Below, piece after piece: positions 1-10,819 of a DNA stretch of 64,000 bases. Where the stretch lies: positions 2,046,001 through 2,110,000 of the forward strand of contig OZ251227.1 in NCBI GenBank assembly GCA_965240325.2. Direction: 5' to 3'. Below the pieces are notes generated by a model that was not told where the DNA came from, searched no databases, and saw only the letters and a list, made by a program, of their open reading frames with translations. Position numbers and translations under genes: made by a program. The first letter of the stretch is position 1. The number at the start of each line of letters is the position of its first letter. The DNA comes from Rebecca billardiae RCC1528. Taxonomy: Eukaryota; Protista; Haptophyta.

Positions 1-1029
1 TGGCTGGCGGATGAGTCGGCAGGCTTGGGGAGCCCGCGAGCGCGGCACGCCACGCTGTTTGCATACTGTAGTTGCGCATCGCCTCTTCGTAGACGCGCGC
101 CTCACTCTCAGCTGAGCTCGGGCCGTCGGGTGCGACGACGGCTGGCGGGAGCCGCTGACCGTGTCCGTGACATCATGACGACCGACCGCGAACTCCGACC
201 TGGCTGACGGCAGCACTTGCGAGCAGCGCAGCACGGCGCGGCGCGTTGCGGCCTGCGGCGCGGCGTGGCGGTGGGCCCGCGTGACACGCTGCCAGCGTCA
301 CGGACAAGCGAGACCCCGCCCCGTCTCCGCAGCGCCGCGCTCACATGTGACCACGACCTGCACAACACGGGCCGTGGTCAGAAAGCCGTCGCACGCGCGT
401 TCACTTACGCGGCAACTTGGTGCTGAGCGCCAGCCGAGAGGTAGTGGCGACGACGACAGCCACTCCAGGTCGATGTGCACCTGCGTCTGTGCCCGGGTGC
501 CGCTGGGATGCGATTGAGGATGAGAGCTTGCGGCAGCATGCCCTGACATGAGCAGCGGTCAGTTTGGAGAGCGTGAGTCGTGCCAGCACGCGAGAGCAGA
601 CGTGCACGTTTCGAGCAGCCGAGCTGTACCATGAACGTCAGCAATCTAGCGCGCATGCCGCGCACCCGAAAGAGCTGACCATCTCCGCGTGCTCAGAGCA
701 GCCGGCGGCGCGCTCGCAGAGTCGCTTCGGAGTCGCTTTGCGGCCGTCTCGGCGCGTGTCATGTGGAGCTGCTCTCGAGGCGAAGGAGGAGGATGGCGTT
801 GATCAGCGCCGCTGAAGACTAGGACTAGGCTCTCTCGCGAGGTCCGCCGCGCGGTCTACGCCGCCGATCACGGCCTCTTGAGGACGGTCGGCCAGCGCGC
901 GCGTCGGCAGCCATCGTGACGCCTCTCATTCAACTTTCGGCCCGTGTTAGCGCACTGTGTAATGGTATGATTTAAGCTTTCTCATGACAGGACCCCCTGT
1001 CCCTACCGATCTTGACTAATTTTTTACTT

Positions 1030-1240
1030 ATTGGCTGAGAATATTCTACACAACTTTTAGGCGAGCATAGCTACCATTCCATCTAAAACTACCCACTACC
1101 GCGTGATGAACGATCAGTGCAATTAACGATGCTGAAATCCGCGCAGCGAGGGGGCACTTATGGAGTAGTGTGGGTCCCCTGATTGGCTGGTTTTTCTTTC
1201 CGGTAAGCTGTGATTCGCGGGAAAGTTCACCGACGATTGG
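1030..1240. promoter_or_regulatory. Cluster of three inverted CCAAT (NF-Y-type) boxes in an AT-richer patch upstream of the surface-protein gene
   Basis: ATTGGCT at 1030, 1182 (CTGATTGGCT) and 1236. Confidence 0.4.
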
Positions 1241-1429
1241 CTAAAGACGGTAATGTGGGTATGCATCGACCCAAACCACCTGTCAAGTACCGATCGCAAA
1301 TTAGAAATTGCTGTAGTGCGAGTTCGGAGTGCCGAGAGCAACTCCGCATCCAGCACGAGGCCGGACGAGAGGTCATCAACGCGTCGAGCACATCTGCACC
1401 TGGCTGACCACGCAGAGTGGCGAGCCTTG

Positions 1430-4400
1430 ATGGTGACCGGTCCCGCTGGCCGCGCGCTTGGGCTCATCGCATTGCTCCTCAACACATGCCACCACACAGC
1501 AGCAGCCTGCGACACCGACGCTGACTGCGGCACGAGCTCGTACTGTACCGGACTCGGCTACTGGTCCTTTTGCACTGCGTGCTTGACCTGCACCGGCTCC
1601 TGGTGCGGGCGCGCGCCGGGTTGTTACTCCCCGCCCCCACCGCCATCGCCACCGCCGCCGCCGCCGACGTGCTCATCGCACACGACCTGCGCGTGGGACG
1701 AGTTCTGCCGCGACAACAACTGGCCGTATGCCGACAGATGCGACGACTGCGACGACTGCGACCCTGGTTCATCATCCACCAACTCCATCGACGGCAGCTG
1801 CGACCACTGCCCGGCGCCATCCGATGGCAGCTGCCGCGCGCACACGCACTGCCCGAGCAACAGCTTCTGCTACGACGATGGACCGCTGGGCTGGAGCGAC
1901 TTCGTCTGCAGGCAGTGCGACGACTGCACTGCTGGTTTCACTGGCAACTCTGTCGACGGCGACTGCTTGGGGCCGTGCCCGCCGTGCACGGCGCACGACG
2001 AGTGCAGTTTTGGAGAGTTCTGCCTCGATGACGGAATCGCTCATTGCGACGACTGTACCATCTGCGACCCCGGCTCAGTATCCACCAACTCCATCGACGG
2101 CAGCTGCGACCACTGCCCGGCGCCATCCGATGGCAGCTGCCGCGCGCACACGCACTGCCCGAGCAACAGCTTCTGCTACGACGATGGACCGCTGGGCTGG
2201 AGCGACTTCGTCTGCAGGCAGTGCGACGACTGCACTGCTGGTTTCACTGGCAACTCCGTCGACGGCGACTGCTTGGGGCCGTGCCCGCCGTGCACGGCGC
2301 ACGACGAGTGCAGTTTTGGAGAGTTCTGCCTCGATGACGGAATCGCTCATTGCGACGACTGTACCATCTGCGACCCCGGCTCAGTATCCACCAACTCCAT
2401 CGACGGCAGCTGCGACCACTGCCCGGCGCCGTCCGACGGCAGCTGCCGCGCGCACACGCACTGCCCGAGCAACTACTTCTGCTACGACGATGGACCGCTG
2501 GGCTGGGATGACTTTGAGTGTTCGAGCTGCTTCGATGGGCTACTGGGATGTAACCCTGGAACATCGGCTGACAGCTCTTGTGATACCTGCCCTGGCACAT
2601 GTGCTGACGATGCTGGCGATTGCGACGCTTGCTGCTCATCACCTGCTGGCCGTTGGCCACGGTGGTCATCCGATGCTGGCTCTTCTGACTACGACTGGCG
2701 TGCGGCACCATTGGGCATGCAAAGCACCAACACATCCACAACTGCCGCTGCTAAGGATGCTGGTGATTCTGCAGAGCCAGCAGCTGCAGCACATACCCCC
2801 ACAAAGCGAGCTCCAGTGGTTCTACTTCAGCGCCAGCCGATTGCCTCGGCATCTCCAGCCTCGCGTGCAGCCAATGCTGCAGTCACTGCACCGCCCATCA
2901 TTGAGCTCAAGGCACCACCACTGCCTGGTGGCAGTCCACGCATCTCCTCAGCAGACCACTTGCTCTGCGATTTGACAGACGGAGTGGCGTTCGACTGCTT
3001 GCAAAGCTCTTCCTCACTCTCATCCTGGACACCAGGCTGCCAACTTGAACTCCCTCCTGGCACCTGCAAGACAGTGGCTGAGCTCGAGGCACTGGGCTCT
3101 GGCATTTCTTCCACAGAGGCTGCTCTCCTGGCATTCTGGCGCTCGCACGCCTCTGGTACGACTGGGTTCTCTCATACATCGAGCAAACAGAAAGCACGTG
3201 CTGCTGGTGAGAACACTGTGCCTACCAAGCCTACCTCAGCATCGACTTCCAATACCAGCATTACCTATGGAGAGGCGAGCCACACCTCGCCCGCAGTGCG
3301 TTGGGCAGATACGGCAGGCACAGTGGGCAGTGGTGTGCAGGGGTGGCCAGTGTTGGCCAGCTCGACGACGACGAGCAGTACATCTGGCACCAGCACCTCA
3401 TCAGCAGAGGCCCCTCCACTACTACCACAGCATGCTAACAACATTACAGCTGCTGCCACTACTCCATCATTCTCACCGAGTTCGTTGCCTGGGTGGATCT
3501 CTGGGGTGTGGGACACCTTGCTGGAGAGCTGCACTGAGACAGAGTGCGAGCTGAGCCAGAGCTGGGACATCTGCTCTGATCTGGCCGATGTGGATTGTGG
3601 GGACTCTGGTGTGTTCACTTTCGGCATGGGCTTCTACCCGTGTGAGGCACCTGCCACTGTCGTCACCAGCTTCAGCGGCCCAAGCTTTATCGTCGGCGAT
3701 GCGCCGATCCAGTTCGCTGCAAGTCTCGATGCCACAGTGGTCCTCAAGCTCTATGAGCTCGAGTCTTGCTGGGTTCTGGAACAGATCCTCACCCGATATT
3801 TTGGATTGCCTAGTTTGACCGCAGAGGCGTTGGCGAGCATGCTTACTGATTGTGAAGACGCCAAGATTTCTGTTCATGCATTTGTAGGCCTTGGCCTTGT
3901 CGAAGGCAACCTCAAGCTCGATTTGGCGTTTGACCTGCATGTAAATGTCCATGCCAGCGGCGTGCTGTATGGGTGCTATTGTGTGGATGCACACGTGTGG
4001 AGCTGGCTTGACGACAGGCAGGGCCCAATGGACCTGGACCTTCCAGCGTTTACTCAGAGGGAGCTCGTGGAGTGCCCAGTTCCGCCGCCGACGCCGCCAC
4101 TCTCGCCCTCGCCGCCGCCGACGCCGTCGCCGCCACCGTCGCCGCCGCCGCCGCCGCCGCCACCGTTGCCGCCGCCGTCGCCACCGCCGCCGCCGCCGCC
4201 GCCGTCGCCGCTGTCGCAGCAGTCGCCGTCGCCGCCGTCTCCGGTGGACGACCGTGCGCTCTCGGCGTCCGAGTTCAACGTGCGCGTCTTGGGCCGCTCT
4301 GGCAAGATGGTGTACGGCACCTCGGGTGGCTCGGACGACGACAAGGTGCAGGTGACGATGTCGAGCATCACCGAGCGCGCCTCGAACGGCGACCGCGTGG

Positions 4401-5120
4401 GCCAGTCTGGTCCGAACGACGGCAAGCACTCGCGCAACACGTTTGCGAGCACGGACTTCACGTTCGGCGAGGTGTACGCCACGAACGTGTCCGGCGTGAA
4501 CGCGAGCGCCATCGACTTTGATGTGAAGCTGGTCTACGACAGCGCGGACCTGCGCATCACTGCGCTGATCTTCACGGAGAGCGGCACGATCTACCCGACC
4601 CCTTCGGAGGCGTACAACGTGAGCGAGGGCACGCTCAAGTTCAACGTCGAGGTGCGCGCCCCGAGCATGCGCTCCAGCACGGTGCGTAGGTGTGCTCCCT
4701 GACTGACCCGTCTTCTCACCACGCGTGCCGCGTGCATGCGTGTCGATGCGCTTGCGCGTGCAGGTGCTGAACTGGCCGTTCTGCGCTGGCGAGAGCGGCA
4801 ACCCGTGCCAGGGCGAGACTGGCGAGTTCCTCGACATTGGCATCGAGGTGAAGTCGAAGGGCAACGAGAGCCTCAGCCTCATGCCGATCGAGGCGAACAA
4901 GTACTCGCTCGGCGACGGCGCCGAGCTGATCGTGTCGGACACTGCTCGGCTGGATGGCACGTGGACGACGATGCCGTCTGGCTACCCGGAGCTGTCGCTG
5001 TCTGGCTCATCGAAGTACGAGCTGACGCTGCGCTTCGACGAGTTCAGCGCGTCCGCGCTGTACGACCCGGTCGTGCAGGACGTGGGCACTGCGAGCACGC
5101 CGCCGCCGCCGCCGCCGCTG

Positions 5121-5168
<48 letters not shown>

Positions 5169-5290
5169 GCGCCGCCGTCGTCGCCGCCGCCGTCCCCTCC
5201 GCCCAGCCTGCCGCCGCCGTCGCCACCCCCGCCATCGTCGCCTCCGCAGTCCCCTCCGCCCAGCCCGCCGCCACCCTCGCCCCGCCAGCC

Positions 5291-5344
<54 letters not shown>

Positions 5345-6365
5345 GCTGCCGCCGCCGCCGCTCTCGCCCAGCCCTCCGCCGCCGTCGCCAGCGCCGCCGT
5401 CGTCGCCGCCGCCGTCCCCTCCGCCCAGCCTGCCGCCGCCGTCGCCACCCCCGCCATCGTCGCCTCCACCGTCCCCTCCGCCCAGCCCGCCGCCACCCTC
5501 GCCCCGCCAGCCGCCGCCGCCGCCACTGCCGCCGTCGTCGCCTCCGCCGTCCCCTCCGCCCAGCCCGCAGCCACCCTCGCCCAGCCCGCCGACCCCGCCG
5601 CCGCCGCCGCCCTCGCCCCCACCGCTCCCACCAATCACTGGCGACACCACCGTGTCGCGAGTGCGCTCTGAAGCAACGCTCGAGGGCGACCAAAGCGACT
5701 GGGATGAGAGCTCAGCATCTGGGCAGCAGCAGCGGGCGAACTTCAAGAGTGGCGTCGCCAGCGCGCTCAACGTGAGTGTGAGCGCCGTCGAGGTGCTCGC
5801 CGTCCTCGACTCAAGCGTCACAGTCATCTTCGACGTGCTGCACTCCGAGGCGGCAGCAGAGAACACGCAGACCATTGAGGAGCTCGCAGCGCTCGTGCAA
5901 TCGCGTGCGCAAGAGATTGGCAGCTCAGTCGCAGCTTCAACTGGCACTGCAGTGGTGGAGGTCACAATGACAAGGATCGTAAGCACACCCAGCACACCAG
6001 AGACGACGGAGGGGGGCTCCAACCAGGACAAGAGTGACTCTGGTGGTGGCGGCGGCGGAGACAGTGGCAGTGATGGCAGTGGAGGCAGTCGTGAAACAAG
6101 TGCAGCCAATGCCTCCTACAAGCAGTCGACCAGCGCTCCGAATGCAGCTGTGCTTGGTGGCATCATCGGTGCAGGAGCTACACTACTTGCAGCACTTTGC
6201 TGCTGTGCATGCTGCTGGCTTGCTTACCTTCGGCGCAAGCAGCTCAGCATCATCAAGCCCTCGACTGACCCTGGTGCAGACGAGACAGGTGCCCAAGGTG
6301 GCTTTCACAGGTCTCGTGTATCACCCTCTCCAAGTGCCATCTATCCGGAGGACGAGGCAATGTGA
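1430..6365 (+). CDS. Large type-I membrane/cell-surface protein: signal peptide, Cys/Asp-rich repeats, Ser/Thr-rich region, Pro-rich stalks, CARP/SAARP-like domain, SEA-like domain, TM helix. Exons 1430-4651 and 4764-6365
   Basis: First ATG of ORF 1253..4702 is at 1430 and is followed by hydrophobic ALGLIALLLNTC. A GT..AG intron at 4652-4763 joins KFNVE|VLNWPFC in frame with ORF 4725..6365. C-terminal TM segment AAVLGGIIGAGATLLAALCCCACCWLAYL is followed by RRK. Confidence 0.85.
1774..2506 (+). repeat. 306-bp (102-aa) coding tandem repeat, about 2.4 near-identical units
   Basis: ATCCACCAACTCCATCGACGGCAGCTGCGACC recurs at 1774, 2080 and 2386. Confidence 0.95.
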
Positions 6366-6599
6366 ATGAACGGGGTCAGCCGATGCAGTGCTCAGCGCAC
6401 ACTTCATTCCGCCATCATCAAGACATTCCGCCATCATCAATCAAGAATACTCGAAGAGACGCGCGCACACATCAATCATGCAGCTCTCATGCACCAGCAG
6501 TGAGTCCTTCCGTAGAACCAACGCAGTTTGGGGCCCGCTGTGCACCCCGTCCGTCGGCTACTGTGGCCGGCTCTGTCTGACACGTGTTATATATATATA

Positions 6600-8140
6600 T
6601 ACAGTTCGCCTGAGCTGCCACCGCCCACTCAGTTGCCGCCCACCGGGCCGGCGGGCCGAGGACTGTCGCCGCGGGTCGCGCGGGGTGAAGCAGCTGCCGG
6701 GGCGGCGCGTGTGCGCAGCGGGCGAGAGGCGCCGTGCGGCGCGGGCCGGCGCGTGCGCGCGTGCGGGCGCATCTGCTTCGGAGGTGCTCGCGCTGCGCCA
6801 TGTGCTCGACGACGGGCAGCTGGTCGCTCAGCCGGCGCGCCTCGTGCCGGCAGAGCAAGAGCGCGCGCCACTGCTCGGCCCCGGCCTGCGCTGCGCAGCC
6901 GCGCACCAACCAAGACCGAGCGGAGCTCGGGGTGGAACGAGGAGAGCGGCGCGTCGCGCCTGCCGCCGCGCGTGCGCGCCTGCTCCACCGCGCCGCCGTG
7001 CTCGCCCGCCGCCTCCTCCGCCGCGTCGGCCTCGAAGACGGCGGCGGCCAGCCAGGGGCAGGCTGAGCCGTGCGCGCTCACCCGGCGCCGATCGCCTCGA
7101 CGGCTGTCTACTCCACTCAGTTACTCCACAGCTGGCTGCTCGAGCTGCTGCACGGGGCGTCGCGACGAGGGCGCCGCGCGCGCCCAGCGCGTCCGTCGCC
7201 GCGTCGCGCAGCGCGTCGAGCTCGGCGCCGCGCTTCGCCAGCTCGGCGCCCAGCGCCTCCGCACGCACGTGCTCATGCACGGCCTGTCTGTGTGACGCCA
7301 CCCATCTGCGCGCGCAGCTCGGCTGCAGCTCGACGGCGGACTCGTCGCGGCTGGCGGCGAGGGTGCGCAACGCGTCCGGATGGCCGTGGCCTGCAGCCCG
7401 GTGATCGCCGCGTCGACGCGCGCGGCGCATTCCCCGCGCAGCTCCTCGCGCTACGTGGCCGCGCTCGCGTGCAGCCGCCTTAGCTGCGCGACAACTGGCG
7501 AGCGTTCGGCTTTGGCTCCTGCTCGTCCTCGCGCTGCTGCACCTCAGCGCCGCCGTCGACCGAGTTGAGGAGGAGCTCGCGCTCGGCGTCGAGGAGCGAG
7601 CTCGCGTGCTCGAGCTCGCCCTTCAGCTGCGCGAACTCCGGGCGCATCCGGCTCATCTATCTCCGCTGCGTGCTCGGCGCGCTCATCTGACTCGAGCGAC
7701 GAGCTCGCGAGCGTGCTCCGGACTTGGCTCGCCCTTGCACGCTCCTCCTCGAGCGACGGACGCGCCCGCGGGCAGGCTGTTGCCCGCCGCCCCCGCCGCG
7801 ATCTCGTCGCGCATGCTTTGTTTGCAGCGGGGCGCTGTGTGCGCGCCGTCGGCACGGCCTGACGAGACGACCGAGACGCGCGCGACGCCTCGGGGAGAGC
7901 CGGAGCGGAGCGCGATGAGGGCGAGAGCAGAGCGCGAGGGGGAGACCAGCGGCCGGCCAGCTCCCGCCACCGCGCGCGCACCGCGGCGTACGCGGCGCCG
8001 ACACGCATGTCCCCGGTCAGGGCGCCAGCGACGAAGGCGAGCGAGCGAGCTCGCAGGCGCAGCCGGGGCGATGACGGGACTCGCGCGCTCGACGCTCGGT
8101 CGAAAGGGTGCCGCGCGCGCGCCTGGCGGCTCCATATCCA
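6600..8140 (-). pseudogene. Decayed coiled-coil gene
   Basis: Coding-like coiled-coil peptides (EEERARASQVRSTL, EFAQLKGELEHASSLLDAERELLL, REELRGECAARVDAA, AELAKRGAELDALRDAA) occur in successive different minus frames, with an in-frame TAG near 7452 and no obvious introns. Confidence 0.45.
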
Positions 8141-8372
8141 ATTTATTCGCAGTATCTAAAGTCTGTTTTGCGAATAATGAGCAAAACTTGTAACACCTCT
8201 AAGTGCGGCCCGTGTGTGGCCTACTTAGTACTTTAGAGTTTAGTTGTTTCCAGCAGCACCCTGGCGACCAAGTTCTGTTCGACTACCCCCATACGTATTA
8301 TAAGTTATAGGAGCCTGGAATTCGCTGCGCTTATCTGGCGGCTGCGCAATCTCGTATGAAGATTTACAACAA

Positions 8373-9379
8373 ATTCTGGTGAACACTACAGCTTTAAACA
8401 ATTTTAATTCGTGACAAAGCCCTGGGAGACCCAGCTCCGACCCCCTTTAATTGGGTGTGACGTACTGCTGTCCCAAGTAATACCGGAGTAGGAATACGAA
8501 GAATGGGGCCTCAAACGTTTTTTGATTAGGCACGCCTCGGGAATCGAGAACGCACTTGGTTAATTTTTGCGCCAATTAAGGCACGCCTCGGGAATCGAAG
8601 CGCATGTGGTTAATTTTTGCGCGCGCCGCATAGAGATGTCGTTGCGATTCCCACAAATCTGGCGGCGATCTTAGCGGTACCCCCTTACCCAGTTCATACC
8701 GCCTATACAATACGGTAACGGTACGGACCTGGCGCGCCTCGCCGTGCACCCGCACGAGGCCACGCGCCCCGGCGCGCGCGCGCCCGCGGCCTCGCACCCA
8801 AACTGCGAGACGCCGGCAACGCTCGACGCGTGCCTCGCGCAGCGCGGCTGGCGAGCACGCTGAACGGCGTGGACGAGGCGCGCAACGCGGAGCGCCGCGA
8901 GGGTCACGCCGCGCGTCGAGCCGAACCGCGCGCGGCGCGCGAGGCCGCCGCGACCGACGCGGTCGCGCGCCATCTGGGCGTCCGGCGGCAGCAGCGCGCA
9001 CGACGTGCGGACTGCAGTTGCTGCACGTCGATGGCCGACGCGCGCACGCACGGCGTGATCGGTGCGTGCCGTTGCCGTGCCGCCGTGCCCGAGCGGCCGT
9101 GCGCAGCGACGACTGCATTGACTGCATCGACGCGCGCCTCGCTGGCGCCTCGGTGGGCCTTGCAGAACTGGGAGAGCCACGCTGCCGCACCTGGCTAATG
9201 GCTAAATCGCACACGCGACGCGCGAAGACGCGGCAGCTCGGATGATACCGTTAGTCAGCGCTGAACGGCCAACTCGTCTCATCGTCGTCGGGTCTGCCGG
9301 CCCTGGCAAGCTTTCGCGTCCTAGACGCGCTGTGTTCGACCAGCCCCACCGGGAAAAGGCCGCTAGGCCCCCGCTGTTT
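8373..9379 (+). repeat. Dispersed repeat A, internally deleted copy (inverted relative to 34176-35550)
   Basis: Reverse-complement match over about 1 kb, with 365 bp missing at the GGA junction (8725-8727). Contains a ~50-bp tandem pair GGCACGCCTCGGGAATCGA...GGTTAATTTTTGCGC at about 8528-8622. Confidence 0.9.
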
Positions 9380-9520
9380 AATGGCGCAGATTCGTTCACC
9401 CAGATATACTGACAATTTGACGGCCACGCTGATTACTTATTGACTCACGTCCGGGCGCGATTTTAATCACGTAATAGACAGCAGTGGGGTACCCCTCGGA
9501 AAATCGACACTCACCTTCCA

Positions 9521-9679
9521 ACAGCCCTCAAAATCGTCCGCCCCCGTCCGCCCCTTTTCTTATTTGACGATCAAAAGATCTTATTAATTTTATTTGACGA
9601 CAGTGACGTAGCATTGAGGGCCCCCGGCCCGGCGGGGCTCCACGCTCCGCGCTCCGCCCTGATGCACCACTACGGGCCA
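9521..9679 (+). repeat. Dispersed repeat B, diverged inverted copy of about 35660-35800
   Basis: Shared blocks CAGCCCTnAAAnTCGTCC..CCCGTCC..TTTTCTTAnTTGA and GGGCTCCACGCTnCGCGCTCCGCCCTG..GGGCCA. Confidence 0.7.
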
Positions 9680-9713
9680 TGATATGGGGGTATATCTATA
9701 TGGCCGACGATGA

Positions 9714-10742
9714 TCAGAGCTCGTGGCGTCCGACGAAGCAGCACTCCTCATCAGCAGCAGGCGAGGCAAAGCCATAATAGCAGTAGCTCTCCGACGACCA
9801 GGCCTTGCCGCACTGGCTGCACTCGAAGCTGGCACCGTCGCGGTCCTTCCACGTGCGTACGACGCAGTCCTCGGGGTGCGCAACGCGGCACACGAGGTCG
9901 GATGTGTACCCGGGGTCCACCGCCTTGCCGCACCGCCGGCACGTGGCAGTCGCCTGGCTCGGCAGCACGGACGGTGGTAGGACCCGTGCCACGTCGCGCA
10001 GCCCGTCGACGCTGCTGGCCATGTGCTCGCGCAGCGCAGCGAGCACGTCGGAGGCGCTCATCTTCGACAGGCCATACTCCAGCCGCTCGCGCTCGCCCGG
10101 AAGCGCGTCCGCCTGCTGGCGTCGCACGCGCGCGTGCCGCTGCGCGCACTCGCATTCAAGCGCGGCACGGCGCTGCTCGGCTGCGGCGTCGACGACCTGC
10201 AGCAGGCTCGCGGACGCGTGCTTGCACAGGCCTCGCCACCCGGCGGCCCCGGCAAAGTTCTCGCGCTGAGCAAAGTCAGGACAGCTGCACGACACGTCGA
10301 GCTCGGCGAGCGTGCCGCCCGAGAGCTCTGCCGGAGCGCTCGCCTCCACGCGGTACGGCGGTGTGCCCGCGTTCGAGGGCGGCGCGCTCCACGCAACGCT
10401 GACGGCGCCGTCGTCGTACCGCTTGAAGGAGACCATCTGCGGGGTCTGGCAGAGCCTGCTCGAGCCACGAGCACCGCGCACTGCCTGCGCGGAGAGGCCG
10501 GGGATGACGTGTGGTGGCGCCTCCAAGGCATCCTCGCTCTCGTCACCCTCCTCCTCCTCGTCCTCGCCGTCCTGGTCGTCGTCCCAGTCGCCCTCCTCCT
10601 CCTCCTGCCCGTCGTCCTCTTCACTGTCGTCCTCCTCACCGTCAGCCTCCTCTTCCCCGTCCTTCTTCCCACCACATGCCTCGTCCTCCTCATCTCTCTG
10701 CCGCTTGCGGCCGGCCGCCCCGCCGTCGTCAGGCGCCATCAT
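9714..10742 (-). CDS. SWIM zinc-finger protein with acidic N-terminus and C-terminal Cys/His cluster
   Basis: SWIM motif CSCPDF...LCKH, NLS-like GRKRQR, long D/E tract, C-terminal CRRC..C..HP..CSQC..CFVGRH. Confidence 0.8.
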   Translation of the reverse strand: MMAPDDGGAAGRKRQRDEEDEACGGKKDGEEEADGEEDDSEEDDGQEEEEGDWDDDQDGEDEEEEGDESEDALEAPPHVIPGLSAQAVRGARGSSRLCQTPQMVSFKRYDDGAVSVAWSAPPSNAGTPPYRVEASAPAELSGGTLAELDVSCSCPDFAQRENFAGAAGWRGLCKHASASLLQVVDAAAEQRRAALECECAQRHARVRRQQADALPGERERLEYGLSKMSASDVLAALREHMASSVDGLRDVARVLPPSVLPSQATATCRRCGKAVDPGYTSDLVCRVAHPEDCVVRTWKDRDGASFECSQCGKAWSSESYCYYGFASPAADEECCFVGRHEL

Positions 10743-10819
10743 GCCAAGGCCCTTGACGCTGCTGGATCAAAGAACGGCCGAGGAGTCGAGGACTCTGCCA
10801 GACCGAGTCTCGCCTCAGC

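Noticed and set aside
1-940. Short ORFs at the window start
   Set aside because: No recognisable motif or consistent coding frame.
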